From assembly GCA_947444785.1 (NCBI GenBank), contig CANFBG010000001.1, forward strand, positions 1-58,911: a stretch of 58,911 nt of DNA, in the 5' to 3' direction. The position numbers and the translations under genes are program-made. This DNA is from Microbacteriaceae bacterium. Its GTDB lineage: Bacteria; Actinomycetota; Actinomycetes; Actinomycetales; Microbacteriaceae. The notes under the pieces are model-generated. The model worked only from the letters and a program-made list of their open reading frames with translations. It ran no database searches and was not told where the DNA came from. Positions 1 to 16,040 of the stretch are shown piece after piece. Each line of letters opens with the position of its first letter. Position 1 is the first letter of the stretch.

Positions 1-5
1 GGGTG

Positions 6-2711
6 TCAGTGTGCGGCATCGTTCCAGTTCGCCCCGCGACCGACCTGCACCTCGAGCGGCACCCGAAGCTCGGCGGCCGAAGACATGCGTGTGGAGACGA
101 TGTCGCTCAGACGGTCCCACTCCCCCGGTGCCACGTCGAATACGAGCTCATCGTGCACCTGGAGGAGCATGCGGGATTCCATGTTCTCGGCCAGCATGTC
201 GCCCGCGACATTGATCATCGCGATCTTCATGATGTCTGCCGCCGTGCCCTGGATCGGCGCGTTCAGTGCGGCACGCTCGTCGTTGTCCCGAAGGACCCGG
301 TTACTGCTGTTCAGGTTCGCGAACGGCCGACGGCGGCCATATATCGTCTCGGTGTAGCCATCCGCCTTGGCCTGGATGACGACGTTGCGCAGGAACTCGC
401 GCACCGCGCCGAAGCGTTCGAAGTAGTCGCTCATCAGCTGCTTCGCCTCACTGGTCTCGATGCGAAGCTGCTTGCTGAGGCCGAACGCGCTGAGCCCGTA
501 GGCGAGCCCATACGACATCGCCTTGACCTTGGAGCGCATGGCCGGGGTGACGTCCTCGGGGGCCACTCCGAAGATGCGGGCTCCGACGAAGCGGTGCAGG
601 TCCTCGCCCGCGGCGAATGCCGCAATCAGGCCCTCGTCGCCGGAGAGGTGCGCCATGATGCGCATCTCGATCTGCGAGTAGTCGGCGGTCAGCAGCGTCT
701 CGTAGCCCTCGCCCACCCGGAAGGCGTGCCGGATGCGCCGGCCCTCCTCCGTGCGCACCGGGATGTTCTGCAGGTTCGGATCTGCGCTGGAGATGCGCCC
801 GGTGCTCGACCCGGTCTGCACATACGTCGTGTGCACCCGGTGATCCGGGGCGATGGCCTTGTCGACCGTCTCGATCATCTGCCGCAGCTTCGTCGCGTCG
901 CGGTGAGCGAGCAATAGGCCGAGGAACGGATGCGGGTTGCTGGCCTGCAGGTCGGCCAGGGCGCCGGCATCCGTGGAGTAGCCGGTCTTGTTCGCGCGCG
1001 TCTTGGGCATGCCGAGACGATCGAACAGCACCTCCTGGATCTGCTTCGGCGAACCGAGGTTCACCTCACCGCCGATGATCTCGAACGCGTCCGTGGCGAT
1101 CTGGGTCGCCCGGGCACCGAGCTCGGCAGAGAGGTCGGCGAGTTCGTCGTGGTCCACCGTGATGCCGGTCAGCTCCATGTCGGCAAGCACCATGAGCGTC
1201 GGCATCTCTATCTCTGCGAGCACGCGCTTCGTGCGCTCATCGAGGGCGGCTTCCTGGGCGGCGACGACGCGGCCGACGTACCACGCCTCTTGGGCAGGAC
1301 CTGCGAGGGCGTCGTCGTCGGGGATGAGCTGGTTCGGGTCGGCAACGGGCAGCGTCTCGCCCAGCTGGCGGTCGACGAGTTCGGCGAGGGAGCGGTCTGC
1401 GGTCGAGTCGGGCTTGACCAGCCAGGCGGCGATCGTCGTGTCAAAGCGCAGACCAGACACGTCTAGTCCAGCCCGGCGCAGTGCCTTGATCTGCGGCTTG
1501 GCGGCGTGCATCACCTTGGGGGCAGAGCTGGCGAGCCAAGCCTCGAACGGCGCGTAATCCCGACTGCCGGCGATCCACGGAAGCATCACCGCTTCACCCG
1601 GGGCGGCGATCCCGACGCCGATCGGGTAGCCATCGATGGTTTCGATGACGAGGGCGAGGCCCGCGGGATTCGCGGCCTCAAGGCGGGCGAGCCACGCCGT
1701 GAGCTCCTCGTCGAGGAGGTTCATCGGCACGGGCGCCTTCGGCGCCGTAGGACCGGCAGGCTCGAGGGGCGACGCCGCGAGTCCGGGGGTGTCCAGGGAG
1801 GCAGCGGCATCCGCCGACAGGACGCCATCGACCTTGAGCACGCGTTCGAGCAGCGTTCGGAACTCGAGGCGGCCGAAGATCTCCCGCACCTTCAGCTCGT
1901 CGGCGGGAACCCGCAGGAGATCGGACGGGCCGACGGGAAGCTCGATATCGGTGAGCAGGTGGTTCAGGCGACGATTGCGAACGGCGTTCTCCTGATGCTC
2001 ACGAAGGCTCTCGCCCACCTTGCCGCCGATCTCGTCGCTTCGGCGCAGGATCTCGTCGAGGCTTCCGTACAGGTTCAACCACTTCACGGCGGTCTTCTCG
2101 CCGACCTTGGGAACCCCGGGAAGGTTGTCGCTGGTCTCGCCGACGAGGGCGGCGACCTCGGGGTATTGCTGCGGCTGGATCCCGTAGCGCTCGAACACCT
2201 TGGCCGGGTCGTAGCGGGTCAGATCGGTGACGCCCTGGCGTGAGGGATAGAGGAGGGTCACGTCGTCGTTCACCAGCTGGATCGTGTCTCGGTCGCCGGA
2301 GACCACCAGCACGCGGAAGCCCTCGGCCGTGCCCTGGGTGGCCAGGGTCGCGAGGATGTCGTCGGCCTCGTAGTCCTCTTTGGTCAGGGTCTGGATGCCG
2401 AGAGCGTGCAGGGCCTCCTGCAGCAGCGGGATCTGACCCATGAACTCGGGCGGGGTCTCGCCCCGGGTGCCCTTGTACTCGGGGTATTCCCGGGTGCGGA
2501 AGGAGAACCTCGAGATGTCGAAGGCCACGGCCAGGTGGGTCGGCTTCTCGGCCTTCAGCAGGTTGATGAGCATGGCGAGGAAGCCATGGATCGCATTGGT
2601 GTGCTGCCCGTCCCTCGTCTGGAAGCTGTCGACCGGCAGCGCGTAAAACGCCCGGAATGCGAGCGAGTGGCCGTCGATAACCATGAGGGTAGGCTTTTCA
2701 GTATCTGACAC
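6..2711 (-). CDS. polA: DNA polymerase I
   Basis: N-terminal 5'-3' exonuclease (IDGHSLAFRAF, YEADDILATL) plus family A polymerase motifs (ADYSQIEMR, KAMSYGLAYG, LQVHDELV); GTG start. Confidence 0.98.
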   Translation of the reverse strand: MSDTEKPTLMVIDGHSLAFRAFYALPVDSFQTRDGQHTNAIHGFLAMLINLLKAEKPTHLAVAFDISRFSFRTREYPEYKGTRGETPPEFMGQIPLLQEALHALGIQTLTKEDYEADDILATLATQGTAEGFRVLVVSGDRDTIQLVNDDVTLLYPSRQGVTDLTRYDPAKVFERYGIQPQQYPEVAALVGETSDNLPGVPKVGEKTAVKWLNLYGSLDEILRRSDEIGGKVGESLREHQENAVRNRRLNHLLTDIELPVGPSDLLRVPADELKVREIFGRLEFRTLLERVLKVDGVLSADAAASLDTPGLAASPLEPAGPTAPKAPVPMNLLDEELTAWLARLEAANPAGLALVIETIDGYPIGVGIAAPGEAVMLPWIAGSRDYAPFEAWLASSAPKVMHAAKPQIKALRRAGLDVSGLRFDTTIAAWLVKPDSTADRSLAELVDRQLGETLPVADPNQLIPDDDALAGPAQEAWYVGRVVAAQEAALDERTKRVLAEIEMPTLMVLADMELTGITVDHDELADLSAELGARATQIATDAFEIIGGEVNLGSPKQIQEVLFDRLGMPKTRANKTGYSTDAGALADLQASNPHPFLGLLLAHRDATKLRQMIETVDKAIAPDHRVHTTYVQTGSSTGRISSADPNLQNIPVRTEEGRRIRHAFRVGEGYETLLTADYSQIEMRIMAHLSGDEGLIAAFAAGEDLHRFVGARIFGVAPEDVTPAMRSKVKAMSYGLAYGLSAFGLSKQLRIETSEAKQLMSDYFERFGAVREFLRNVVIQAKADGYTETIYGRRRPFANLNSSNRVLRDNDERAALNAPIQGTAADIMKIAMINVAGDMLAENMESRMLLQVHDELVFDVAPGEWDRLSDIVSTRMSSAAELRVPLEVQVGRGANWNDAAH

Positions 2712-2777
2712 CCGGCAAGCCTACCGGCGGCATCTGTCAGGCCGATCAACCACGCGAATCAACGACGAGAGCAGCGC

Positions 2778-3218
2778 ATGACGACGTACCCCGTAGACAT
2801 GGACCCGGAGCTCGTCGAGCGTCTTCTCGTGACCGGCGGCGGCGCCCTGTCGGTGAAGATGGGCATCGAATACATCGAGTTGTCGGCCGAGCTGTCGATC
2901 GCGCGGATGCCGGTCGAGGGCAACACCCAGGTGATCGGCATCCTGCACGGCGGTGCCCATGTCGTGCTCGGCGAGTCCCTCGGCTCGATCTCATCGGCCA
3001 TTCACGCGGGCCCGGGTCGGTTCGCGGTGGGAATCGAGATCAACGCCACTCACAGCCGGTCGATCACCAGCGGATGGGTGACGGCAACCTGTACCGCCCT
3101 TGTCCTTGGCCGCACGCTGGCCACGCACGAGATCGTCGTTCGCGACGACGAGGGCCGCCGCCTCTCCACCGTCCGGATGACGAACATGCTCCGGGACGCA
3201 GAGAAGCGGCCCGTCTGA
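2778..3218 (+). CDS. PaaI/hotdog-fold thioesterase
   Basis: NTQVIGILHGG and VGIEINATH motifs; usual neighbour of polA in actinobacteria. Confidence 0.9.
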   Translation: MTTYPVDMDPELVERLLVTGGGALSVKMGIEYIELSAELSIARMPVEGNTQVIGILHGGAHVVLGESLGSISSAIHAGPGRFAVGIEINATHSRSITSGWVTATCTALVLGRTLATHEIVVRDDEGRRLSTVRMTNMLRDAEKRPV

Positions 3219-3242
3219 CCTGGCGGTCGAACGGGCCGCTTC
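3203..3242. terminator. Inverted repeat between convergent genes (probable terminator)
   Basis: GAAGCGGCCCGT ... ACGGGCCGCTTC, 12-bp perfect arms spanning the thioesterase stop. Confidence 0.6.
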
Positions 3243-3287
3243 GCGGGGCTCTTATGCCTTGACGAGCTCTGACGCCTTGTCGAGCTC

Positions 3288-3893
3288 TTACTTCTTGGCG
3301 CTCAGCTGCTCGATGATGGCCTGTGAAACGTCGTGCATGGTGAGACGACGGTCCATCGATGCCTTCTGGATCCAGCGGAAGGCCTCCGGCTCGGTGAGAC
3401 CCATCTTCTCGTTCAGCAGGCCCTTGGCCCGGTCCACGAGCTTGCGGGTCTCGAAGCGCTCGACGAGGTCGGCGACCTCGGCCTCGAGCGTGATGATCTG
3501 GGCGTAGCGCGAGAGAGCGATCTCGATCGCGGGCAGCAGGTCGTTGGGGGTGAAGGGCTTGACGACGTAGGCGAGAGCCCCGGCCTCGGTCGCTCGCTCG
3601 ACGAGCTCCTTCTGGCTGAAGGCGGTCAAGAGGACAACCGGGGCGATGTGGCCCTTGCTGAGGCGCTCCGCCGCGGAGATCCCGTCGAGAAGCGGCATCT
3701 TCACATCCATGATGACCAGGTCGGGACGAAGCTCCGTGGCCAGGGCCACGGCGGTCTCGCCGTCTCCCGCCTCGCCGACTACCTCGAATCCGTTGTCACG
3801 GAGAATCTCGACGATATCGAGGCGGATGAGGGATTCGTCCTCGGCTACGACAACGCGGCGGGGGGCAACAGGGGCGGCTTCTTGGTCTGACAC
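3288..3893 (-). CDS. pdtaR: ANTAR-domain response regulator (PdtaR/Rv1626-like)
   Basis: Receiver domain (VAEDE, MDVKMP, YVVKPF) plus C-terminal ANTAR (RKLVDRAKGLL...EAFRWIQKASMD). Confidence 0.9.
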   Translation of the reverse strand: MSDQEAAPVAPRRVVVAEDESLIRLDIVEILRDNGFEVVGEAGDGETAVALATELRPDLVIMDVKMPLLDGISAAERLSKGHIAPVVLLTAFSQKELVERATEAGALAYVVKPFTPNDLLPAIEIALSRYAQIITLEAEVADLVERFETRKLVDRAKGLLNEKMGLTEPEAFRWIQKASMDRRLTMHDVSQAIIEQLSAKK

Positions 3894-3934
3894 GCTTCCA
3901 ACCCTACGGTATTCTGAGACACGAACGCGAACGA

Positions 3935-4017
3935 GCCGGTGTGGCGGAATGGCAGACGCGACGCACTCAAAATGCGTTGTCCGTGAGGGCGTGTGGGTTC
4001 GAGTCCCACCACCGGTA
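3935..4017 (+). tRNA. tRNA-Leu (anticodon CAA)
   Basis: Acceptor GCCGGTG/CACCGGT, D arm TGGCGGAATGGCAGACGC, anticodon stem ACGCA-CTCAAAA-TGCGT, long variable arm, T arm GTGGG-TTCGAGT-CCCAC; CCA not encoded. Confidence 0.96.
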
Positions 4018-4030
4018 CAGCAGAGACAAG

Positions 4031-4070
4031 AAAAACGCCCCGCGTCTTTTTCAAGAGAGGCGGGGCGTTT
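4031..4070. terminator. Bidirectional intrinsic terminator between tRNA-Leu and pyk
   Basis: AAACGCCCCGC ... GCGGGGCGTTT inverted repeat with A/T tracts on both sides. Confidence 0.75.
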
Positions 4071-4086
4071 CCCTGTTTACGGGGTT

Positions 4087-5532
4087 CTAGTTGGTGAACT
4101 CCTTGGGGGCCGGCGGGTTGTGCGCCGATCCGACGACGTGAATGCGCATGTCGTTCGTCGTGCCCGAGACTCCGGGGGGCGAACCGCAGATGACGACGAC
4201 CTTGTCTCCGACGGCGGCCATGTCGTTCTCGAGCAGCACGTCATCCACCTGGACCATCAGCTGGTCCGTGTGCTTGACCCGCGGAACGATGAAGGACTCA
4301 ACACCCCAGGTCAGGGCCATGCGGTCGCGAATAGCCTTGGTGGGCGTCATGCCGATCATGGGGATCTTCGAACGCAGACGTGACATCCGGCGAACCGAGT
4401 CGCCCGTCTCGGTGAAGACGATGACGAACTTCGCCTGAACGAAGTTGGCTACCTCTTCGGCGGCCAGGGTCATCGCCCCACCCTGCGTGCGGGGCTTGGT
4501 TCCGAGTGCCTGGATGCGCTCGAGGCCGTGCTCCTCCGTCGAGGTGACGATGCGGGCCATGGTCTGAACCGTGATCACCGGGAACTCGCCAACGCTGGTC
4601 TCACCGCTGAGCATGACCGCGTCCGCGCCGTCGAGCACGGCATTGGCCACGTCGCTGGTCTCGGCCCGCGTGGGGATCGGGCTTGAGATCATCGACTCGA
4701 GCATCTGGGTGGCGACGATGACCGGCTTGGCCATGCGGCGGGAGAGCTCGATCGCGTGCTTCTGCACGATCGGCACGGCCTCGAGGGGAAGCTCCACACC
4801 GAGATCGCCACGAGCGACCATGATGCTGTCGAAGGCGTCGATGATCTCCTCGAGGTTCGCCACGGCCTGCGGCTTCTCGATCTTGGCGATCACGGGGACC
4901 TTGCGGCCCTCCTCCGCCATGATCTCGTGGACGCGAGTGATGTCGGCGGCGTTGCGCACGAACGACAGCGCGATCAGGTCGGCGCCAAGGCGGAGGCCCC
5001 AACGGAGGTCGGCCTCGTCCTTCTCGCTGAGCGCGGGGACGTTGACGGCGACACCCGGCAGGTTGATGCCCTTGTTGTTGGAGACGTTGCCGGCGACGAT
5101 GACCTTCGTCGTCACGACGGTTCCGTCGGTCTCGACGACCTCGACCTTGACCTTGCCGTCATCGATCAGCAGGAAGTCGCCCGGTGCGACGTCGCCCGGC
5201 AGGCCCTTGTAGGTCGTGCCGGAGACATCCTTCGTGCCGAGGATCTCCTCGGTCGTGATCTTGAAGATGTCACCCTCGGCGAGGAAGTGCGGTCCAGCCA
5301 CGAACTTGCCCAACCGGATCTTGGGTCCTTGCAGGTCTACGAGCACTGCCACTGCGCGGCCCGAGTCCTCGGCGGCCTGGCGAACGATTCCATAAATCTC
5401 CTCGTGCACGGCGTAGGAGCCGTGGCTGAGGTTCATGCGGGCGACGTCTACGCCAGCGTCGATAATTCCGCGGATACTTTCATACGTTGATGTCGCCGGG
5501 CCAAGAGTGGCCACAATTTTTGCGCGTCTCAT
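4087..5532 (-). CDS. pyk: Pyruvate kinase
   Basis: MRRAKIVATLGP, DLQGPKIR, IMVARGDLGVE, MLSGET; ATG at 5532 chosen. Confidence 0.97.
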   Translation of the reverse strand: MRRAKIVATLGPATSTYESIRGIIDAGVDVARMNLSHGSYAVHEEIYGIVRQAAEDSGRAVAVLVDLQGPKIRLGKFVAGPHFLAEGDIFKITTEEILGTKDVSGTTYKGLPGDVAPGDFLLIDDGKVKVEVVETDGTVVTTKVIVAGNVSNNKGINLPGVAVNVPALSEKDEADLRWGLRLGADLIALSFVRNAADITRVHEIMAEEGRKVPVIAKIEKPQAVANLEEIIDAFDSIMVARGDLGVELPLEAVPIVQKHAIELSRRMAKPVIVATQMLESMISSPIPTRAETSDVANAVLDGADAVMLSGETSVGEFPVITVQTMARIVTSTEEHGLERIQALGTKPRTQGGAMTLAAEEVANFVQAKFVIVFTETGDSVRRMSRLRSKIPMIGMTPTKAIRDRMALTWGVESFIVPRVKHTDQLMVQVDDVLLENDMAAVGDKVVVICGSPPGVSGTTNDMRIHVVGSAHNPPAPKEFTN

Positions 5533-5599
5533 CGGGTGTTGTACTCCATATTTCATGCGCGCATGGCGCGGTTGGTAACGCTTGAGAGCTTAGGGGTGC

Positions 5600-11627
<6,028 letters not shown>

Positions 11628-11724
11628 AAGACCGTCCTCTACATAGTGTCAAGAAGGAACGGGGACGCCGGTGGCCCGTCTGGAGGGAGGTGGTTGTAAA
11701 ACGCGTGCCCGGTTTGGGAGAAAC

Positions 11725-12762
11725 CTAGGCCTTCGCTCCGACTGTGCTTGTGGCGTTCGGTTCGATTTTTGCCGATTCGGAAGACTCTGATCCAACAGAC
11801 TCAGGGGCTCCGTTGCCCCGAAGGTCTTCATCCGAATACGTGTCCTTCGATTCTACCTCAGAGCCGGGCGGAACCCATTCAGAGCCGGAGCGGTACGGGC
11901 CGGTCTCCAGCCCCGGGTGCCGACGGGTCTGAACGATCAGGATGATGATGCCAATGAGAATGGCCACCCACGCGCCCCACACGTTCGTGCGGACGCCGAG
12001 GAAGATCTCGCTGGGATCGACGCGCATGGTCTCCCACATCGCGCGGCCCACGCCGTACCAGATGAGGTAGACCGCGAAGGCCTTGCCCCACTGGAGCCGG
12101 ACGGCACGCTCCAAGCCGAGGATGACGAGAACACCCAGCAGGTTCCAGAGGATTTCGTAGAGGAAGGTCGGCTGGAACAGCGTTCCGGCCGGCAGGCCGA
12201 TGGGGAACGCCGGGTTCGTCGGCTCGATCTCGAGACCCCAGGGCAGGGTGGTCGGCGTTCCGAAGAGCTCATGGTTGAAGTAGTTGCCGAGTCGTCCGGC
12301 AGCCTGGGCCAGAAGCATTCCCGGCGCCAGTGCGTCGGCGAACGCCCAGAAGCGGATGCCCGCGAGGCGACAGCCGATGTAGGCGCCGACGGCGCCACCG
12401 AGCAGGGCACCGAAGATGGCGATTCCGCCCTCCCAGATGTACAGGGTCCTCGCCAGGTCTGCGCCCGGGTAGAAGTAGTCCCCCGGGTGCGAGAGCACGT
12501 GGTAGATCCGGGCGCCGACGATGCCGAACGGGATCGCCCACAGGATGATGTCGAGCACGACTCCGGGCTCTGCACCGCGGTTGGTCAGTCGCCGCGACGT
12601 GAGGATCGTTGCGAGCACGATTCCGAACAGGATGCAGAGCGCATAGGCGTGGATGACGATGTGGTTGCCCGTGACGAGGAAGGTGAGTCCTACATCGTTG
12701 AACCACTGCGTCAGGTCGAAGGACTGCCAGTCCGGGCTAGGAATGCTGGAGTGTACAAGCAC
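11725..12762 (-). CDS. lgt: Prolipoprotein diacylglyceryl transferase
   Basis: GARIYHV, IWEGGIAIFG, GRLGNYFNHELFG, PTFLYE; start uncertain. Confidence 0.95.
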   Translation of the reverse strand: MLVHSSIPSPDWQSFDLTQWFNDVGLTFLVTGNHIVIHAYALCILFGIVLATILTSRRLTNRGAEPGVVLDIILWAIPFGIVGARIYHVLSHPGDYFYPGADLARTLYIWEGGIAIFGALLGGAVGAYIGCRLAGIRFWAFADALAPGMLLAQAAGRLGNYFNHELFGTPTTLPWGLEIEPTNPAFPIGLPAGTLFQPTFLYEILWNLLGVLVILGLERAVRLQWGKAFAVYLIWYGVGRAMWETMRVDPSEIFLGVRTNVWGAWVAILIGIIILIVQTRRHPGLETGPYRSGSEWVPPGSEVESKDTYSDEDLRGNGAPESVGSESSESAKIEPNATSTVGAKA

Positions 12763-12858
12763 GGGAGAGACTGACCTTTCGTAGGTTTCCCAGCGGGCAC
12801 GTCTGGCCTGCTGGGAATTTTCGGGCTGCCTTTTCGGGCACTGCCCATTGTAGGGCTG

Positions 12859-12885
12859 GGCGGGCGGAAGGGATTTCCGCCCGCC
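12859..12885 (-). terminator. Hairpin downstream of trpA
   Basis: GGCGGGCGGAA ... TTCCGCCCGCC 11-bp stem. Confidence 0.6.
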
Positions 12886-12900
12886 ACATACGCGAAAGTG

Positions 12901-13719
12901 CTAGCGGACGGTTCCGGTGGCCAGGTGTGCGGCGACCCGGGCGACACCCTGGACCCCGTCCTGGGCCAGGGCGCGCACGAGCTCGCTGCCGACGATCGCT
13001 CCATCGGCGTAGCCCAGGATCTCGGCGATCTGCTCGGGCGTGGAGACGCCGATGCCGACGCAGCTGCTGTCTGCACCGACCTCGCGAAGACGGGCCACCA
13101 GGGTGCGTGCGGCGGCGTCGAGGTCGGCACGCGCTCCAGTGATGCCCATGGTGGACACGGTGTACACGAAGCCGCGGCTGTTCTCAACGGCAAGGCGCAG
13201 GCGCTCCTCGGTCGACGTCGGGGCGGCGAGGAAGACTCGATCGAGTCCGGTTCGCTCACTCTCGGTGAGCCATTCGGCGCCGGAGTCCACCGTCAGATCC
13301 GGCGTGATGAGCCCTGCTCCACCCGCGGAGAGCAGGTCGGTGGCGAATCTCTCGACGCCGTACTGCACAACGGGGTTCCAGTAGGTCATCAGCAGGATGG
13401 GCACGTCGACCCGGCTGCGAATGCCCTCGACAGCCGTGAAGACATCACGGAGTCGGAACCCGGCCTCCAGGGCGGTCTGGGTGGCCTTCTGGATGACGGG
13501 GCCATCCATCACGGGGTCGGAGTAGGGGACGCCGAGCTCGAGAACGTCGACACCGTTCTCGACCAGGGCCACGGCGGCATCGATGCTCTCGGCAAGATTC
13601 GGGAAGCCCACGGGCAGATAGCCGATGAACGCGCCCGCCCGCTGTTCCCGGGCAGCCGCGATGGCTGTGCCCGTGGGGCTTGCTGCGGTTCGAGCACCAA
13701 CGGTGCGGTCGAGGCTCAC
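12901..13719 (-). CDS. trpA: Tryptophan synthase alpha subunit
   Basis: [32 protein letters not shown]; GTG start overlapping the trpB stop (GTGA). The longer ORF-track N-terminus is spurious. Confidence 0.95.
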   Translation of the reverse strand: MSLDRTVGARTAASPTGTAIAAAREQRAGAFIGYLPVGFPNLAESIDAAVALVENGVDVLELGVPYSDPVMDGPVIQKATQTALEAGFRLRDVFTAVEGIRSRVDVPILLMTYWNPVVQYGVERFATDLLSAGGAGLITPDLTVDSGAEWLTESERTGLDRVFLAAPTSTEERLRLAVENSRGFVYTVSTMGITGARADLDAAARTLVARLREVGADSSCVGIGVSTPEQIAEILGYADGAIVGSELVRALAQDGVQGVARVAAHLATGTVR

Positions 13720-14963
13720 TTGGCCGCCTCCGCGTCGAGAACTCCGAAGTAGCGACCCGCGGTCTCCACATCCTTGTCTCCACGACCCGAGAGGTTGATC
13801 AGGATCGTCGCATCGGGCCCGAGCTCGCGTCCCAGCTCGAGTGCGCCGGCCAGGGCGTGGGCGGTCTCGATCGCGGGGATGATGCCCTCGGTCGTGCAGA
13901 GGAGCCTGAACGCCGCCATCGCGGCACGATCGGTGATGGGCCGATAATCGGCTCGCCCGATCGAGGAGAGCCAGGCGTGCTCGGGGCCGACCCCCGGATA
14001 GTCGAGCCCGGCCGAGATCGAGTGCGAGTCGACGGTCTGGCCATCCTCGTCCTGCAGGAGCATGGTGCGGGTGCCGTGAAGCACGCCGGGGCGGCCCATG
14101 GTGATCGAGGATGCGTGTCGGGGCGTATCCACGCCGTCCCCGCCGGCCTCGTAGCCGATGAGCTGCACCTCGGGGTCGTCCAGGAACGCGTGGAAGATGC
14201 CGATGGCGTTGGAGCCGCCTCCGACACAGGCGATGACCGCCGTCGGGAGCGCACCGGTGAGGTCGATCACCTGCTGGCGTGCCTCCTCGCCGATGACCTT
14301 CACGAAGTCGCGAACCATGACGGGGAACGGATGCGGCCCGGCAACGGTACCCAGGAGGTAGTGCGTGTTCTCGACATTCGCGACCCAGTCGCGGAAAGCC
14401 TCGTTGAGGGCGTCCTTCAGGGTTCGCGTTCCCGCGGTGACCGGGATGACCGTCGCACCGAGCAGGCGCATGCGGGCGACGTTCAGCGCCTGGCGCTCGG
14501 TGTCGACCTCGCCCATGTAGACGACGCACTCCATCCCGAAGAGCGCTGCGGCGGTCGCGGTGGCGACGCCGTGCTGGCCGGCACCGGTCTCGGCGATCAG
14601 GCGGGTCTTGCCGATCCGGCGGGCGATGAGTGCCTGGCCCAGGACGTTGTTGATCTTGTGCGAACCGGTGTGGTTCAGGTCTTCGCGCTTCAGAAGGATG
14701 CGCGCGCCGCCCGCGTGCTGGGCAAAGCGGGGAACCTCGGTGATGATCGAGGGCCGACCGGTGTAGGTCGCGTGCAGCTCCGCAAGCTCACGATGGAACT
14801 CGGGGTCCAGCTTGGCCTCGGCGTAGGCCGCCGACAACTCGTCGAGGGCTGCGATCAGCGACTCCGGCATGAACCGGCCGCCGAACTCTCCGAAGAAAGG
14901 ACCCTCCTCGTCGCGGAGGTGGGTAGCAGGGGTTCCGACGAAGGATTCGGAGAGGGATGTCAT
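13716..14963 (-). CDS. trpB: Tryptophan synthase beta subunit
   Basis: [36 protein letters not shown]. Confidence 0.98.
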   Translation of the reverse strand: MTSLSESFVGTPATHLRDEEGPFFGEFGGRFMPESLIAALDELSAAYAEAKLDPEFHRELAELHATYTGRPSIITEVPRFAQHAGGARILLKREDLNHTGSHKINNVLGQALIARRIGKTRLIAETGAGQHGVATATAAALFGMECVVYMGEVDTERQALNVARMRLLGATVIPVTAGTRTLKDALNEAFRDWVANVENTHYLLGTVAGPHPFPVMVRDFVKVIGEEARQQVIDLTGALPTAVIACVGGGSNAIGIFHAFLDDPEVQLIGYEAGGDGVDTPRHASSITMGRPGVLHGTRTMLLQDEDGQTVDSHSISAGLDYPGVGPEHAWLSSIGRADYRPITDRAAMAAFRLLCTTEGIIPAIETAHALAGALELGRELGPDATILINLSGRGDKDVETAGRYFGVLDAEAAK

Positions 14964-15739
14964 GCGTCTACCGCCAAGAATTCTGTGAGGGTTCGGATGG
15001 GGTCGCCGTCGGTGACCAGTGCTTCGCCGACGAGGACGACGTCTGCGCCACTACGCCTGTAGTGAGCAACGTCGGCAGCGGTCTTGACCGCCGACTCGGC
15101 GACGCGGACGATGCCCGACGGGATCTTCTCGGCGAGCGTCGTGAAGAGGTTCGCATCGAGCGTGAACGTGCTGAGGTCCCGGGCATTCACACCGATGAGC
15201 GTCGCACCCAGGTCGATCGCGCGGGAGACCTCGTCGCCGCTGTGGGTCTCCACGAGGGCGGTCATCCCGAGCGAGGTGATCAGTGCATAGAGCCTTTCGA
15301 GCTCGTTCTGCGGCAGCGCAGCCACGATCAACAGCACCATGTCGGCGCCGGCAGCCCGGGCCTCCCAGACCTGATAATCCAGGGCGATGAAGTCCTTGCG
15401 CAGCACGGGGATCCCGACGGCCGCTCTGACGCCCTCGAGGTCGGTCAGACTGCCGCCGAACTTGCGTCCCTCGGTCAGAACGCTGATCGCGCTCGCGCCG
15501 CCGGTCTGGTAGGCGAGTGCCAAGGCAGCAGGGTCAACGATCTCGGCAAGGGAACCCCGGCTGGGGCTCGCGCGCTTGATCTCCGCGATGACCTTGACCT
15601 TGGGGCCGGGCGCGAGAAATGCCATCGCGTCGAGCGCGGGCGGCATAGCCAGTGCCTGCGCCTCGAGAAGGTCTTGGCTCAGGAATTCCCGACGAGCCGA
15701 CGCGTCATCGACGGCGCCGGTCATAAGATTCTGCAGCAC
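14960..15739 (-). CDS. trpC: Indole-3-glycerol phosphate synthase
   Basis: [29 protein letters not shown]. Confidence 0.96.
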   Translation of the reverse strand: MLQNLMTGAVDDASARREFLSQDLLEAQALAMPPALDAMAFLAPGPKVKVIAEIKRASPSRGSLAEIVDPAALALAYQTGGASAISVLTEGRKFGGSLTDLEGVRAAVGIPVLRKDFIALDYQVWEARAAGADMVLLIVAALPQNELERLYALITSLGMTALVETHSGDEVSRAIDLGATLIGVNARDLSTFTLDANLFTTLAEKIPSGIVRVAESAVKTAADVAHYRRSGADVVLVGEALVTDGDPIRTLTEFLAVDA

Positions 15740-15742
15740 TCT

Positions 15743-15973
15743 CTAGTGCTCCTTGGGGGTATACCGAGAGCCGCCCACGCCGTAACCGGCCCGCGCCATC
15801 ACGACACCGGTCAGGAAACCGATGACGAGGAGCACGACCGACGCCCAGACGATCCAGGGGACGTCGAGGAAGAAGGCCACAGTGCCGATGGTGATGGCCA
15901 GCAGCATGATGACAACTGCGCTCCAGGCCGCGGGGGAATGACCTTCGCCTAGTTCTTCAGACTCGATGCTCAT
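15743..15973 (-). CDS. Small membrane protein, HGxxPAAW/DUF6704-like
   Basis: GHSPAAW followed by two hydrophobic helices; AAGGAG SD; position upstream of trpC. Confidence 0.8.
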   Translation of the reverse strand: MSIESEELGEGHSPAAWSAVVIMLLAITIGTVAFFLDVPWIVWASVVLLVIGFLTGVVMARAGYGVGGSRYTPKEH

Positions 15974-16000
15974 AAGAGACTCCTTCTTGATTCGTTGGCA

Positions 16001-16006
16001 ATTCTA
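16001..16006 (-). promoter_or_regulatory. Candidate -10 (TAGAAT) of an internal promoter for the small gene and trpCBA
   Basis: TAGAAT on the minus strand in an AT-rich spacer about 28 nt upstream of the ATG. Confidence 0.5.
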
Positions 16007-16040
16007 ATTGAAATCGGGCACGTCGGGCACGTCAGGGGCC

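Noticed and set aside
3288-3893. Response regulator without an adjacent kinase
   Set aside because: Normal for PdtaR, whose kinase PdtaS is encoded elsewhere
3935-4086. tRNA-Leu as an integration site for an island
   Set aside because: No integrase, no duplicated tRNA 3' end noticed; pyk follows directly
12901-14529. N-terminal extensions in the ORF track (trpA here; likewise trpE, hisF, pyrC, priA, alaS) suggesting fusions
   Set aside because: Extensions overlap upstream genes in another frame; proper starts exist at the conserved N-termini, unlike the mIHF-gmk case
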